DNA of 63,983 bases, filler included, from Octopus bimaculoides (GCF_001194135.2; 11 parts of 10 records of this genome joined end to end with filler, not necessarily neighbours in it); one strand, 5' to 3'; positions 12,011 to 24,019 are shown, counted from the whole stretch's first letter. Program-made: numbers and translations. The notes: a model not told the origin generated them from the letters alone.

Positions 12011-12557
12011 GCTTCTTTGTCAAAGTTCTTTCATCAGACATCCTGTGATCCCTTCAGCGATTCTCTATCCCACGTCTCTCCTCTTTTTCTGCTCATTCCA
12101 TTTCGTCTTTTATATTCGACAGCTTTCTTCTGTTGTAGTTTATGATTGCAATGAGGTTCATAAAGTTTCGACTTAAACGATAGAAGTCAGTTATAAGTAT
12201 TTTCCCACCGCCTCGCTCTTAAAACTTATTAACGGTGCTAGCTAATAAGCATTACTGTCCGTTATGTGATGGCTTTTTGTTTGTTTCTGTTTTTGTATTT
12301 ATGTTTTTGTTTTCTAATGTTTTCTTTCGGTTTTTGTTAGATTATCACTAAAAAAAAAATCAAATTCATTTGCTCAGTCAGATGTAGGTATGATTGATAG
12401 CAATTTAATAATTTTCTTGATTATTGAAACTTTTGTATATATGATAGAGAAAGGGGTAAGCACTAAATCTTTTTCGTCAAATCTTATTGTTTATCCATCG
12501 AAAATAGGTGTTATGATTCAGTAAACACTTTTGATGGGGACCTGAGAAAACAGCATT

Positions 12558-12765
12558 TTAAACTGACAAGGCCCGAAATTTTGGGGGAGGGGGACCAATC
12601 GATTAGATCGACCCCAGTACGCAACTGGTACTTAATTTATCGACCCCGAAAGGATGAAAGGCAAAGTCGACCTCGACGGAACTTGAACTTAGAACTTAAA
12701 GACAGACGAAATACCGTTAAGCATTTCGCCCGGCGTGCTAACGTTTCTGCCAGCTCGCCGCCTTA
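12558..12765 (-). mobile_element. SINE A, tail type 2
   Basis: Head and body match; tail ccccctcccccaaaatttcgggccttg. Confidence 0.9.
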
Positions 12766-12839
12766 GTACACAGAATAATGCACAGAAAATGAACAGTGAA
12801 TGAGTCATTTTTTTTTAAATGGGTGGGTGCATCGGGTGT

Positions 12840-13820
12840 TTGCTTATTTCAGGAAGCATGGAAAGTTTTAAGGATGTAGTGTTCCGACAGATCATAACTG
12901 ATCAACTGATGTGAGTAGCTTATTCCATACTTTAGCAATTTGAGGCGTGAAAATGTTTCCGAAAATCATGGGTGTTGTGTTGTTTTTTGATTTTATAAGC
13001 ATGTCTACTGGTATTAGACACGTGGAATTCAAAAAGCCGCCCAAAATTGTTATTGGAAAGATGGTGAATAATCTTGTGGTTGTCTGCCAAGTTAATCGCC
13101 TGCCAGACGTCTGAGCTTCGATGTGTCCATACCCAGGGAAGCAAGAGGTCCAGAGTATGGTAGATATTCGTCTAGTCGTACGTTTCTGAACAGTTTCCAG
13201 GAGATGGATATACTGATAGGGGTACCAGACCGATGTAAATCCTAAGTATGGATGTACTATAGCCATATATAGCTTTAAATAGATAGCTAGAGACGGCTAA
13301 CAAAGGTCTTAGTGAATGATGCTAAGACGTTCTCGGCCTTCTTGACAATTTAGTGTGACACAGAGATAGAGAAACACACATATAGCGTAGCACCTTGAGT
13401 AAGTATTTTCTACTATAGCCCAGGCCAACCAAAGCATTGTAAGCGAATTTAGTTGACGTAAACCAAAAGAAGCCCGTTGCATGTGTGTGCGTGCTACATA
13501 TAAGCAGAAAACATACGCACACACACACACGCACACACGCACACACATTTGTCCAACGCAAATCACTGTTGACACTATACCTAGGTCACATTCACTAGTG
13601 GACTTCTTAAGATTGGTGTTGTTGAGGAATATGCAAAAGCTGGATTTTCCCTCTCAATATGCATGGTGGCACACTTGTCCACAGCCATCTTGAGTTGCCA
13701 GTCAGTAATCTGTTTGCTGCATTGTGTCCAGATCTGACTGCAGGAAAGATTTATAGCGTGTAGGATCTGTTCTTAACATTCTTCAAGCTGAAATCTACGT
13801 CATTAATATATGCAACAAAC
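12840..13820 (-). mobile_element. Decayed CR1-like LINE RT C-terminus, split by a SINE B insertion at about 13361-13551
   Basis: LFVAYINDV...QSDLDTMQQ..DWQLKMAVDKCATMHI..ECDLGIV..DLRWT | IVKKAENVLASFTKTFVSR..YMAIVHPYLGF..VWYPY...LLETVQKRTTRRI..HKIIHHL..DFRKHF..KVWNKL, across frameshifts. Confidence 0.8.
13361..13551 (+). mobile_element. SINE B middle fragment nested in the CR1 remnant
   Basis: gcaccttgagtaagtattttctactatagcc...aagaagcccgtt, plus microsatellite. Confidence 0.7.
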
Positions 13821-13821
13821 A

Positions 13822-14017
13822 AGGCGGTGAGCTGGCAGAAATGCTTGGCGGTATTTCGTCTGTCTTTACGTTCTGAGTTCAAATTCCGCCGAGGTCGACT
13901 TTGCCTTTCATCCTTTCGGGGCCGATAAATTAAGTACCAGTTGCGTACTGGGGTAGATCTAATTAACTGACCCCCTTCCCAAAAATTTCGGGCCTTGTAC
14001 CTAGAGTAGAAAAGAAT
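13822..14017 (+). mobile_element. SINE A, tail type 2, small head deletion
   Basis: ggcggtgagctggcagaa...gagttcaaattcc...gggccttgtacctagagtagaaaag. Confidence 0.9.
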
Positions 14018-14530
14018 TTAAGTACCAGACCTGATGCTTCCATAAGAATCAGAAAAGCGATAGCTCCAATCTCGTCAGAGGTTTCTTATGACAAAATACT
14101 GCGATCAGGCTCCAGTTCTCTAATACACACATAGAAACGTTGTATGCATTAGCTATTTCTTCCGGCCTTTCAGAAACAGCTTCTTCTAAGCCCATGAGAC
14201 TCATGGCTGGCCGGTAGCGTATTTTTCTGCAATGTATGGATAATGTATCCTGATTACGGTATTTATTAGCATTATCACGCGTTTGAGAATAAAAAGAAAT
14301 TATTTCTCTATCTTTCAATACATCTCAACGCTTCTAAAACAAACTTTGTTTACTTTCATCGTATATATATATATATATATATATATATNNNNNNNNNNNN
14401 NNNNNNNNNNNNNNNNNNNNNNNNNNNNNNNNTTAATTAATTAANNNNNNNNNNNNNNNNNNNNNNNNNNNNNNNNNNNNNNNNNNNNTATATATATATA
14501 TACATATCATCAGTAGATTATATCTATCTA

Positions 14531-14573
14531 ATGGGTGTGAGTGTGTGCATGTGTGTGTATGTATGTATGTATG

Positions 14574-14647
<74 letters not shown>

Positions 14648-14805
14648 GTGGGCTTCTTTCAGCTTCCATCAATCCAATCCAATCCACTCGGAAGGTTTTG
14701 GTCAGCTCAAGGCTATAGTAGAAGACACTACATGGTGTTGTGCAGTGGGACTGGATCTGGAACCATGTGGTATGGGAAGCAAAATTCTTAACACAGCTAC
14801 ACCTG
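14531..14805 (-). mobile_element. SINE B head with internal microsatellite
   Basis: gggcttctttcagcttcc...ggctatagtagaagacact...ggaaccatgtggt..ggaagc. Confidence 0.8.
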
Positions 14806-15149
14806 CTCCTAAAATTTTCTTTTTTTATTTTCAAAACTTTAAAATATACTCTAACCAGAAAGCTGTCAGTTGGTCACCTTGTGGACATAGATTCACTGAA
14901 TTTGGTGCAAACATCCCTGTTAGTAATATCACTGCAGTCTTTGATGCAGAGAATCACATGAGTATAATGTCTGATGCAGCAGTGCACCAGTTGTAGTGAA
15001 CTGCAGATAACTTATCATTGATCATAAGATTGACAGTAGAAATGTTCAGGTATATTTACAACCACCCATCTGATCAAAGCCAGGTGACTGTCATCTTTGA
15101 GAAGAAGCTGGAACCAACAAAGAAGTAGCTTATATGCAGTCAATCAGCC

Positions 15150-15327
15150 TGCTAGAAATCGCAGTCAAATCCTCCCTCTCACTCTCTCACTCTCTCTCTC
15201 TCTTAAATCACACATCTCGCCATCCTACCATTCTAAAAAGAAAGAATGATACATTAAATAATGTAGCCCTAAATACACAGAGACAGAATGGTCAACCAGC
15301 TAAAAACAGCAGTCAAAATCTGACTTT

Positions 15328-15414
<87 letters not shown>

Positions 15415-15750
15415 TCTTATCATCCTAAAAAAAAAGTAAGTCTATATTAACAATGAAGCTCTGAATATACAAAGACAGGATGGTCAGCCCATTAGAAACA
15501 ATAGTTAAATTTCTCTTAGATCATAGCTTACTGTCTTAGAAAAAAAAAAAGGAGAACACTTTAAGCAATATAGACCCTGATATACAAAGAAAAGAGGGTC
15601 AACCGGTAGAAATAGCAGGTCAAATCTTTCAAATCATACCTCCCTGTCCCATAAAAGGAGAAGGAGACATTGGACAATGTAGAACCATATATATAAATGA
15701 TGGTAACCCAGCTGGATCTAGGCTGAGCTGAGGCTAAAAAACAACTAATT
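15150..15750 (+). repeat. Head-to-tail array of about 4 diverged units (115-190 bp) of a dispersed repeat
   Basis: Anchor gctagaaat.gcagtcaaat at about 15150, 15299, 15491 and 15606; anchor gacag.atggtca near unit ends; another unit at 16060-16240. Confidence 0.6.
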
Positions 15751-15784
15751 CTATCTTCATGAGACAATGAAGGAAACTCTAATT

Positions 15785-16042
15785 CAGGAGTTCTCAACCA
15801 AGGTCCATATGGCTCTTGAGGGTCCATTATTAGATTCTGTTGTCGAAATTTAACAACAATAAATTGGTAATAATTCTACAGTATGCAAAACAGTTTAACA
15901 ATATTTCATACAATTCTTAATAATACATAATTATTAAAATATAATTGCTGGATTTTTTAAACATTGAAGAGCTCTTGAGGGTCCACCTGTGTGAAATAAG
16001 AATCAAAGAGGTTCATAGGCAAAAAATGGTCGAGTACTTCTG
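15785..16042. mobile_element. hAT-type MITE
   Basis: TIRs CAGGAGTTCTCAACCA / TGGTCGAGTACTTCTG; TSD ctctaatt / ctctaaat (7 of 8). Confidence 0.75.
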
Positions 16043-16294
16043 CTCTAAATGATCGTTTGCTTTGCTAGAAATAGCAGCTAAATTGCCATCAGATCACATC
16101 CAGCTCTCTTCAAAAAGGATATGTTTGATAATGTGATTCTGGGTTGAGTTCTCTACAGATAAGGAAAAAGAAAAAGACAGGATGGTCAATGTTGGAATGC
16201 CTTTGATCAGAGGTCTGCTATTATCAGGAATGATAATGAACAAATAAAAGTAAATAATCTTGCAGACAAATTATTGATGAAAAGTGTTTGTCTT

Positions 16295-16660
16295 CATCAT
16301 CATCATCGTTATCATCGTTTAACATCTGCTTTCCATGCTAGCATGGGTTGGACGATTTGACTGAGGACTGGTGAACCAGATGGCTACACCAGGCTCCAAT
16401 CTGATTTGGCAGAGTTTCTACAGCTGGATGCCCTTCCTAACACCAACCAATCCAAGAGTGTAGTGGGTGCTTTTACATGCCACCTGCACAGGAGCCAGTC
16501 CAATGGTACTGGCAACGATCTCGCTCGAATGTCTTACACGTGCCAGGAAGGCAACGCGACACTGGGCACAGGTGCCATCATGATTTCGCTTTTGCTTGCG
16601 GAGTTTCATGTCCAATGAAGGAGACGATGTTGGCATGGGTGCCAGTTGTCGAATTTACAG
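16295..16660 (-). mobile_element. RTE-type 3' UTR/tail fragment (or RTE-dependent SINE)
   Basis: Reverse complement of ggaagggcatccagctgtagaaactctgcc...ccatgctagcatggaaagc..gttaaacgatgatg. Confidence 0.75.
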
Positions 16661-16916
16661 TAGTTCGATTTCGATTTACTAAAATCACATCTCCTTCCTT
16701 CAGCTGGATATCTGTGTAAAAGCTAAATAAATAAATTATTTGTATTTAACAGTATGTCAGTGGTCAAGACTCTTAAATCTCACTGGTTCAATATCCTTGT
16801 CTTTGAAATAGGTAATAATCAGTGTTGAATCCAACTTCCCTTTTCATTCTTTCAGGGTCAATAAAATAAAATGCCAGTCTTAGAGAGTAAATTGGCAGGA
16901 ATTGGATGGAATACTT

Positions 16917-17137
16917 TATGAGGGTTGCTGAAAAGTTCCTGATTTTAAGGGTATAATGAAAGGTCTGGTTGGAGGCCCAGCTTTCCGAGTTCTTTTCCAG
17001 GGCTTAGAAAAACTAAAGGATCACTGCCAATAAGTGTGTGAATCTGAGAGGAGAATATGGTGAATAAAATCATAATTAACTGATCCTCCTGTATTTTCTT
17101 TTACCCAAAGCCAGGAACTTTTCAGCAACCCCATGTA
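16917..17137 (+). mobile_element. Mariner-derived MITE
   Basis: TA-flanked TIRs gagggttgctgaaaagttcctg / caggaacttttcagcaacccc; internal remnant resembling the mariner C-terminus (..GLEKLKDHC..KCVNLRGEY.E*). Confidence 0.8.
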
Positions 17138-17289
17138 AGGTATTTGTTCTGGTTTCTTACTTCCTGAGTTCAAGTCTCATTATAGCCTCTTTAGTTGATA
17201 GGCTTAATTCATCACCCAGGTTAACTCCACTTCATCATCTTTGGAGATCTTAAGTGAAATCCACTCTTTTGCAGAGATCTAGGCCAAGT

Positions 17290-17626
17290 GTTTGGTTTAA
17301 GGTTATCTAGAGCACCAGGCTCACAATCATGAGGTAGTGAGTTTGATTCCCGGACCGGGCTGCGTGTTATGTTCTTGAGCAAGACACTTTATTTCACGTT
17401 GTTCCAGTTCACTCAGCTGTTAGAATTGAGTTGCGATGTCACTGGTGCCAAGCTGTATTGGCCCCTTTGCCTTTCCTTTGGAAAATATCGGTGGTGTGGA
17501 GAGGGGTGTCTGGTATGCATAGGCGACTGCTGGTCTTCCATAAACAACCTTGCCCAGACTTGTGCCTTGAAAGGGAACTTTCTAGGCACAATCCCATGGT
17601 CATTCATGACTGATGGGGATCTTTAC
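17290..17626 (+). mobile_element. tRNA/CORE-type SINE (distinct family)
   Basis: B-box gagtttgattccc; CORE-like gttcttgagcaagacactttatttcac; tail ...gtcattcatgactgatggggatcttta. Confidence 0.7.
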
Positions 17627-18014
17627 TCTCCTACCAACCAATCTTGGAGGCCCTGCAAAAAAACACGATCACTGACCTTATGTGAAAGAAAAAAAGAAAA
17701 AAAACAGCACAAACACTATGGGAAACTTGTAGAATCATTAAAACCTAAATTAATAAAAAAAAAAGGAGTGGGTGTTGGCTTTAATAACTTTTTATTAGTT
17801 TAAAATAAATTTCATGTTGGCAACATTAATTACAGGAAATTTGAAGTTTTGGTTGAGGCACTTTCACACTTCTTATACACAGTATTTTCTCCATATTTCA
17901 AATGGAATTTAAAAAGTTAGAAAAAGGAAAAATGGGAAGTAATTATGAAGAACTCCATTAATTTCATAAAGACAATCTGTGGTCTGAGAAGGGTTAGATA
18001 TACAACTTAGTCAA

Positions 18015-18312
18015 CTTGTGCCAGTGCCACATAAAAAGGGAGAACTGTTCCAGTGTCATGTAAAAAATCACCTGTGCCAGTTCCACATAAAGAGAGAAAA
18101 ACCAATGCTAGTGCCATATAAAAAGCACTGATGCCAGGAGAACAGTACCAGTTCTACATAAAGAGCAACTGTGCTGGCGTCATATAAAGCACTAGTGCTG
18201 CTGCCACCATAATATCACTGGTGATGGTGCATAACAAGCACCCAGTACATTCTGCAAAGTGGTTGGCATTGGGAAGAGGGTATCCAGCCATAGAAACCAT
18301 GCTTAAGCAGGC
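18015..18312 (+). mobile_element. RTE-type 3' UTR with internally amplified subrepeat, followed by (GAT/GGT)n
   Basis: Repeated tgccagtgccacataaaaag-like units lead into aagcacccagtacattctgcaaagtggttggcattgggaagagggtatccagccatagaaaccatgc. Confidence 0.6.
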
Positions 18313-18496
18313 GATGGTGGTAGTGGTGATGGTGGTGATGGTGATGATGATGATGATGATGATGATGTTGGTAGTGATGGTGGTGATGGTGGTGGTGGTG
18401 GTAGTGGTGATGACGGCGACGAGACAATGATGATGATGCCGATGATGATGATGATGACGACGACGACGAGACGACGACAATGACATTGATGATGAT

Positions 18497-18527
<31 letters not shown>

Positions 18528-18530
18528 TCA
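18313..18530. repeat. Compound (GAT/GGT/GAC/GAG)n
   Basis: Direct inspection. Confidence 0.9.
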
Positions 18531-19417
18531 ACAATAACTAAAACTGAATGTAACTGACTGACTTGGTCACTTCTAACTACCTATTTTCTTCAAGCCTCAT
18601 AGCAGATTACAGGTAGTCAGTTGATAATTTTGGCTGAATTTCTAATCAGGAAATCATTGCTTCCAAATTTGTCTCAGGGTTGTCTCTGTCATTCTTGTAG
18701 TACCTGGTGCTGATGATAACCAAGTAGAATTACGTTCAACAGTCAACAGAAGGCGCCCTGAGATGACGGTCGGTGTTTCAACACTGTTGACTAAAGCAAG
18801 AATTTTTTTTTCCACACCAAACTTCAATAATTAAATACATTCCAAGCATATGTGAACTATTCTAAAAGTTTGTTTAATACACAACACTGCTGCTTTCGTG
18901 TGCCCACTACATATTTATAAAAAAAAAAAACTAGGAATGAAAAATGCTTCTGAAGCATTTTGATCAATACAAAACAGTTTTAAGAAAGAAATTTTTTTTA
19001 CAGAAATCAGTGACATTTTCCTTTTAAAATATCAAAAATATTTCTCTTTTATTCAAGAATAACAACTATAAAGACATAAAATATTCTTAGACTTCCTAAA
19101 ATAACATTTGAACATTAAGATATAATATTTGAAGTTCTTTTAAATATTAATGCAATTATTTTTTATAAAGCCACTGACGTTCTTCTATTCAGATCATTTT
19201 TATTATATTTCATGTGTCATTGTTGTTAAAGACACAAGTTTCCTTTTGAAAATGCCAAATACTGAACCATACTCCTCACATTAGTTAACAAGTATCACTT
19301 CACTTTTCTAAACTATAAAGTGCATTAGTCTTAAAAATGGTTAAATATATTTTTCTTTATTTTATTGTACTTTAACACCAAATTTTGATAGAATGACAAT
19401 TTATAACAATAATAATC

Positions 19418-19771
19418 CTTTCTACTATAGACACAAGGTCCAAAATTTTGGGGGAAGGGGCTAATCAATTACATCAACCCCAGTGCTCAACTGGTACTTA
19501 TTTGATCAAACTTGAAAGGAGAAGAGGCAAAGTCAACCTCAGTAGAATTTGAACTCAGAATGTAAAGACAGTTAGCATTTTGTCCAGTGTGCTAATGATT
19601 CTGCCAGCTCACTTCCTCATTAATAACAATAATAATAATAGTTTCAAATTTTGGCACAAGGCCAGCAATTTCGTGGAAGGAAAGAAGTTAATTACATTGA
19701 CCTCAGTACTCAACTGGTACTTATTTTACTGACCCTGAAGGGATGAGAGGTTAAGATGACCTCAGTGGAAT
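19418..19771 (-). mobile_element. Two adjacent diverged SINE A copies (19418-19617 and about 19640-19771)
   Basis: Reverse-complement matches to the body (ccccagtgctcaactggtacttattt...aggcaaagtcaacctc). Confidence 0.8.
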
Positions 19772-19785
19772 GACAACAATAATAA

Positions 19786-20011
19786 TATTGGGTTGTCCGG
19801 AAAGTTTGTGCCGATTTATAGTAGCTTACCTTTCTACTTATTTGCCATGAAACCACCTCAATTATGGGAAGAGGGCATTTTCAAGTTAAAGGGAAGATGA
19901 AGATGCATTGTGTAACAAAATGGTTCATATTTGGTTGATTAAAAATGTAATGGCAAGTATTTATTGACCTTTTTCTTTCCTTTAAAAATCGGCACGAACT
20001 TTCTGGACAAC
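19786..20011 (+). mobile_element. Mariner-derived MITE (same family as 58021-58252); right end runs into a gap
   Basis: TA-ttgggttgtccggaaagtt.gtgccgattt ... aaatcggcacgaactttctggacaac. Confidence 0.85.
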
Positions 20012-20111
20012 NNNNNNNNNNNNNNNNNNNNNNNNNNNNNNNNNNNNNNNNNNNNTTAATTAATTAANNNNNNNNNNNNNNNNNNNNNNNNNNNNNNNNN
20101 NNNNNNNNNNN

Positions 20112-20416
20112 TTTAGAAGCCTAGTACTTATTCTATCGTTATCTTTTGCCGAACCGCTAAGTTACGGGGACATAAACACACCAGCATCGGTTGTCAAGCG
20201 ATGTTGGGGGGACAAACACACATACATACACACACACATACATATATACATATATACGACGGGCTTCTTTCAGTTTCCGTCTACCAAATCCACTCACAAG
20301 GCTTTGGTCGGCCCGAGGCTATAGTAGAAGACACTTGCCCAAGATGCCGCGCAGTGGGACTGAACCCGGGACCATGTGATTGGTAAGCTAGCTACTTACC
20401 ACACAGCCACTCCTAC
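20112..20416 (-). mobile_element. tRNA-derived SINE family B with internal (TA/TG) microsatellite; most complete copy
   Basis: Minus strand: A-box gagtggctgtgtggtaag, B-box gggttcagtccc, CORE-like cttgggcaagtgtcttctactatagcc, microsatellite, then gtttgtcccccaacatcgcttgacaaccgatgctggtgtg.... Confidence 0.9.
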
Positions 20417-20471
20417 GCGTATATATAAATGTGTGTATGTATATATATATATATATATGTATATATACGTG

Positions 20472-20508
<37 letters not shown>

Positions 20509-21226
20509 ATGTATATGTGTGTGTGTGTATGTATATGTGTGTGTGTATGTATATGTGTGTGTGTGTATGTATATATGTATGTATATGTATGTATATATGT
20601 ATGCATGTATGTATATCTATATATGAGTGTATGCTTGTTTGTATTTATACACACATACGTAGATGTGCTTACTTATGGACATGTGCGTGTCTCTCTGTGT
20701 ATGTCTACTTACATTTGCGTGCATGTGTATTTCCATGTTGTGTGGTGTACTATTAGAAACGCAGCTAAAACAAATCAATGCAATACAATACTAGAAAGTG
20801 TCCATTTATTGGAAACTTACCATTTATACCGTCACTTTTTGTGTTTTATAGACTTTTATTTGTTTCCAGAACGAAGGCGCAAAAGCCAGTAACATAGATA
20901 CGAATAAGCTACAGTCTCAATCATTATGTATGTGGAAGGTATAACAGTATATTAAAGAAATGTTCATCGGTGACAGAGAGAGGGGAGAGGTGGCGGGGAA
21001 AACGACTGGGGTGAAGAGTGAAAGAGTGCGATTCCATTGAAGAAAATTTAGATACGATAAAATATATCGTTGATGACAGAAAAATAGTTTTAGAACGAGT
21101 GACAAATGTAGTTAGATGACGAATGTCGGTGATGGAGGAGGAATAGAGTAGGTGACAACTTGATGGATAAAGACATGTAGAAAAAGAAACTTTGCGACGT
21201 GTATGTGTTTAGTAATATATGTGAGT

Positions 21227-21263
<37 letters not shown>

Positions 21264-21575
21264 TATATACATATATATATATATGCATGTGTGAATGTGT
21301 GCGCAAAAATAATTTGGCTGAAAAGTGATGTGTAAAGAGAGGAAAAGAGAAAGGAGATTGTAAGGAAAGTATTATATCGGGAGAATAGGTGACGTTGACA
21401 ATACGTGTGTGTGTGTGTGTGTGTGTGCATGTGTATACACAGACACACAAGCACATATACATATATATATAATGGAGTTGTGAGATGCAGATGATGACAG
21501 GTAAATTGTATGACGCATAGAGTAGAGACATACACACGCGCCGCATAATCACTCAGCCACACGCATGCACACATG

Positions 21576-21609
<34 letters not shown>

Positions 21610-21639
21610 TGACCGTTGACTGAACACTATTCAATTTTT

Positions 21640-21797
21640 TTTCTCCGTGTTTTTCTCCTTGTCTCCGTATTCTTTCTGTTGAAGAGCGTAGCTCGAAACG
21701 TCAAAGACTTTCCGTATTCCCGAGCGTCATACTAATATATACTTTTGTTATTTACACCACCTGTCCTCGTCTGTTGTTATTATTTGTATATTCTCCC

Positions 21798-21800
<3 letters not shown>
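21640..21800 (+). mobile_element. Penelope-like terminal-repeat fragment carrying a mutated minimal hammerhead (21671-21707)
   Basis: tcttt CTG[T]TGA a GAGC-gta-GCTC GAAAC GTC aaaga (A6 to U). More decayed relatives occur at about 35390-35540 and 40745-40850. Confidence 0.5.
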
Positions 21801-21828
<28 letters not shown>

Positions 21829-21904
21829 TACATACATGCTCACTAACACGGTCCATCACTTTATTGGCAACTATATGTGTTACCTTTCGGTTGCAAATAG
21901 TGAC

Positions 21905-22092
21905 TACGCACCAGTCGTATATGACGGCCGTTGTTTAGGGGTCTATATTCACGTAACTTAGCGGTTTGGTTAAATAGTCTGATAGAATATGTACCAAGCT
22001 TAAAATGTACGGCGGTGGATTCGTTCGACTAGAATTCATTAAAGCGGTGCCCCAGCATAGTTGCACTCTAATGACTATGTAAAAGAATGAAA
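21905..22092 (+). mobile_element. SINE B 3' half, diverged
   Basis: cgtaacttagcggtttgg...gatagaatatgtaccaagctt...aagcggtgccccagcat. Confidence 0.7.
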
Positions 22093-22946
22093 ATACGTTT
22101 CGAAATTATTATACATATATACATATTTATAAATGAGTAAGACAGGTATATTCATGCGTTTAAAGCGTATGTGTATAGACATAAGCTACTCACGTAGAAA
22201 CTCACATATGTGCACACACAAACACACATACACATATACACGTATGTGCGTGTAGGTATGTATGTATATAAATATATATATGCATGTATGCATATATATG
22301 TAGATATTATCTACACACATATATATATATATGTAAATACATACGTATATACATGTCGGTAGGTACATATTTCAATAGATAGATAGATAGATAGTGGTGT
22401 GTGAATCGGTGTGCTTGTGAGATTGTGTCACCAGAAATAATCTCTAATGGAAGGCGGCTTTCCATAATAACAGATATTTAATTTTCTATTGGATTTCCAT
22501 AAGATCAATAAATAATATTAATAAATACTACATCAACTGTAACAACAACAATGATAATTTGAATGCTGATTCTAACCACTCATTGGAGATCCATCAACTC
22601 ATGGGATAAGCTAAAGTAAATGATAGAAAAAAATCAAAAAATGAAAAAGGGACAGTAGTGTGTGAGTAGAGACGTAGGCAAGATCCATCCAACGAATACG
22701 GAGACAAAATCTATATCTATAAGACAGCTTTTCTGCTTTGACAATATAATAAAGCTAATAGAAATAAATGTATACCTATTTTTTAAAAATTCATTCTTAG
22801 TTATTATCCACAGTAAACCTGCTATATGGAATATTAACTAATGTATTATTAATAGAACATGGATTTTGAACAAATTGGTTGTTAAAACTATTGCATCAAT
22901 GCGAGTCGCTTATAAATACATACACACACACACACATATACATACA

Positions 22947-22996
<50 letters not shown>

Positions 22997-23847
22997 NNNN
23001 NNNNNNNNNNNNNNNNNNNNNNNNNNNNNNNNNNNNNNNNNNNNNNNNNNNNNNNNNNNNNNNNNNNNNNNNNNNNNNNNNNNNNNNNNNNNNNNNNNNN
23101 NNNNNNNNNNNNNNNNNNNNNNNNNNNNNNNNNNNNNNNNNNNNNNNNNNNNNNNNNNNNNNNNNNNNNNNNNNNNNNNNNNNNNNNNNNNNNNNNNNNN
23201 NNNNNNNNNNNNNNNNNNNNNNNNNNNNNNNNNNNNNNNNNNNNNNNNNNNNNNNNNNNNNNNNNNNNNNNNNNNNNNNNNNNNNNNNNNNNNNNNNNNN
23301 NNNNNNNNNNNNNNNNNNNNNNNNNNNNNNNNNNNNNNNNNNNNNNNNNNNNNNNNNNNNNNNNNNNNNNNNNNNNNNNNNNNNNNNNNNNNNNNNNNNN
23401 NNNNNNNNNNNNNNNNNNNNNNNNNNNNNNNNNNNNNNNNNNNNNNNNNNNNNNNNNNNNNNNNNNNNNNNNNNNNNNNNNNNNNNNNNNNNNNNNNNNN
23501 NNNNNNNNNNNNNNNNNNNNNNNNNNNNNNNNNNNNNNNNNNNNNNNNNNNNNNNNNNNNNNNNNNNNNNNNNNNNNNNNNNNNNNNNNNNNNNNNNNNN
23601 NNNNNNNNNNNNNNNNNNNNNNNNNNNNNNNNNNNNNNNNNNNNNNNNNNNNNNNNNNNNNNNNNNNNNNNNNNNNNNNNNNNNNNNNNNNNNNNNNNTA
23701 TATATATATATATAATGTATGTATATATGCACGCACGCGCGCACAAATGTATGTTTTTGTGTATGTAGGCGTGAGAGATTATCAGCGTCATGTATATCTT
23801 TACATCTATGACACACACACACACGCACACACACACACACACACACG

Positions 23848-23890
<43 letters not shown>

Positions 23891-24019
23891 CATGCAGTTA
23901 TCTATATAATTGGGTAATTGTCTTTAAAAGCGAACGCCATGCCACTTTTAAGCTGAGTAATAAAAATAACGTGGCTATCATCACATGCAGAACATAGGTT
24001 TGTATCCGGATGTTTGTCG

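Noticed and set aside
14859-14996. Candidate + exon KAVSWSPCGHRFTEFGANIPV...
   Set aside because: Reasonable acceptor, but no convincing donor before the stop and no recognisable domain.
18705-18745. Hammerhead-like ctggtg CTGATGA...GAAT..GTT caacag
   Set aside because: GAAA core broken and helices II and III unsupported; at most a relic.
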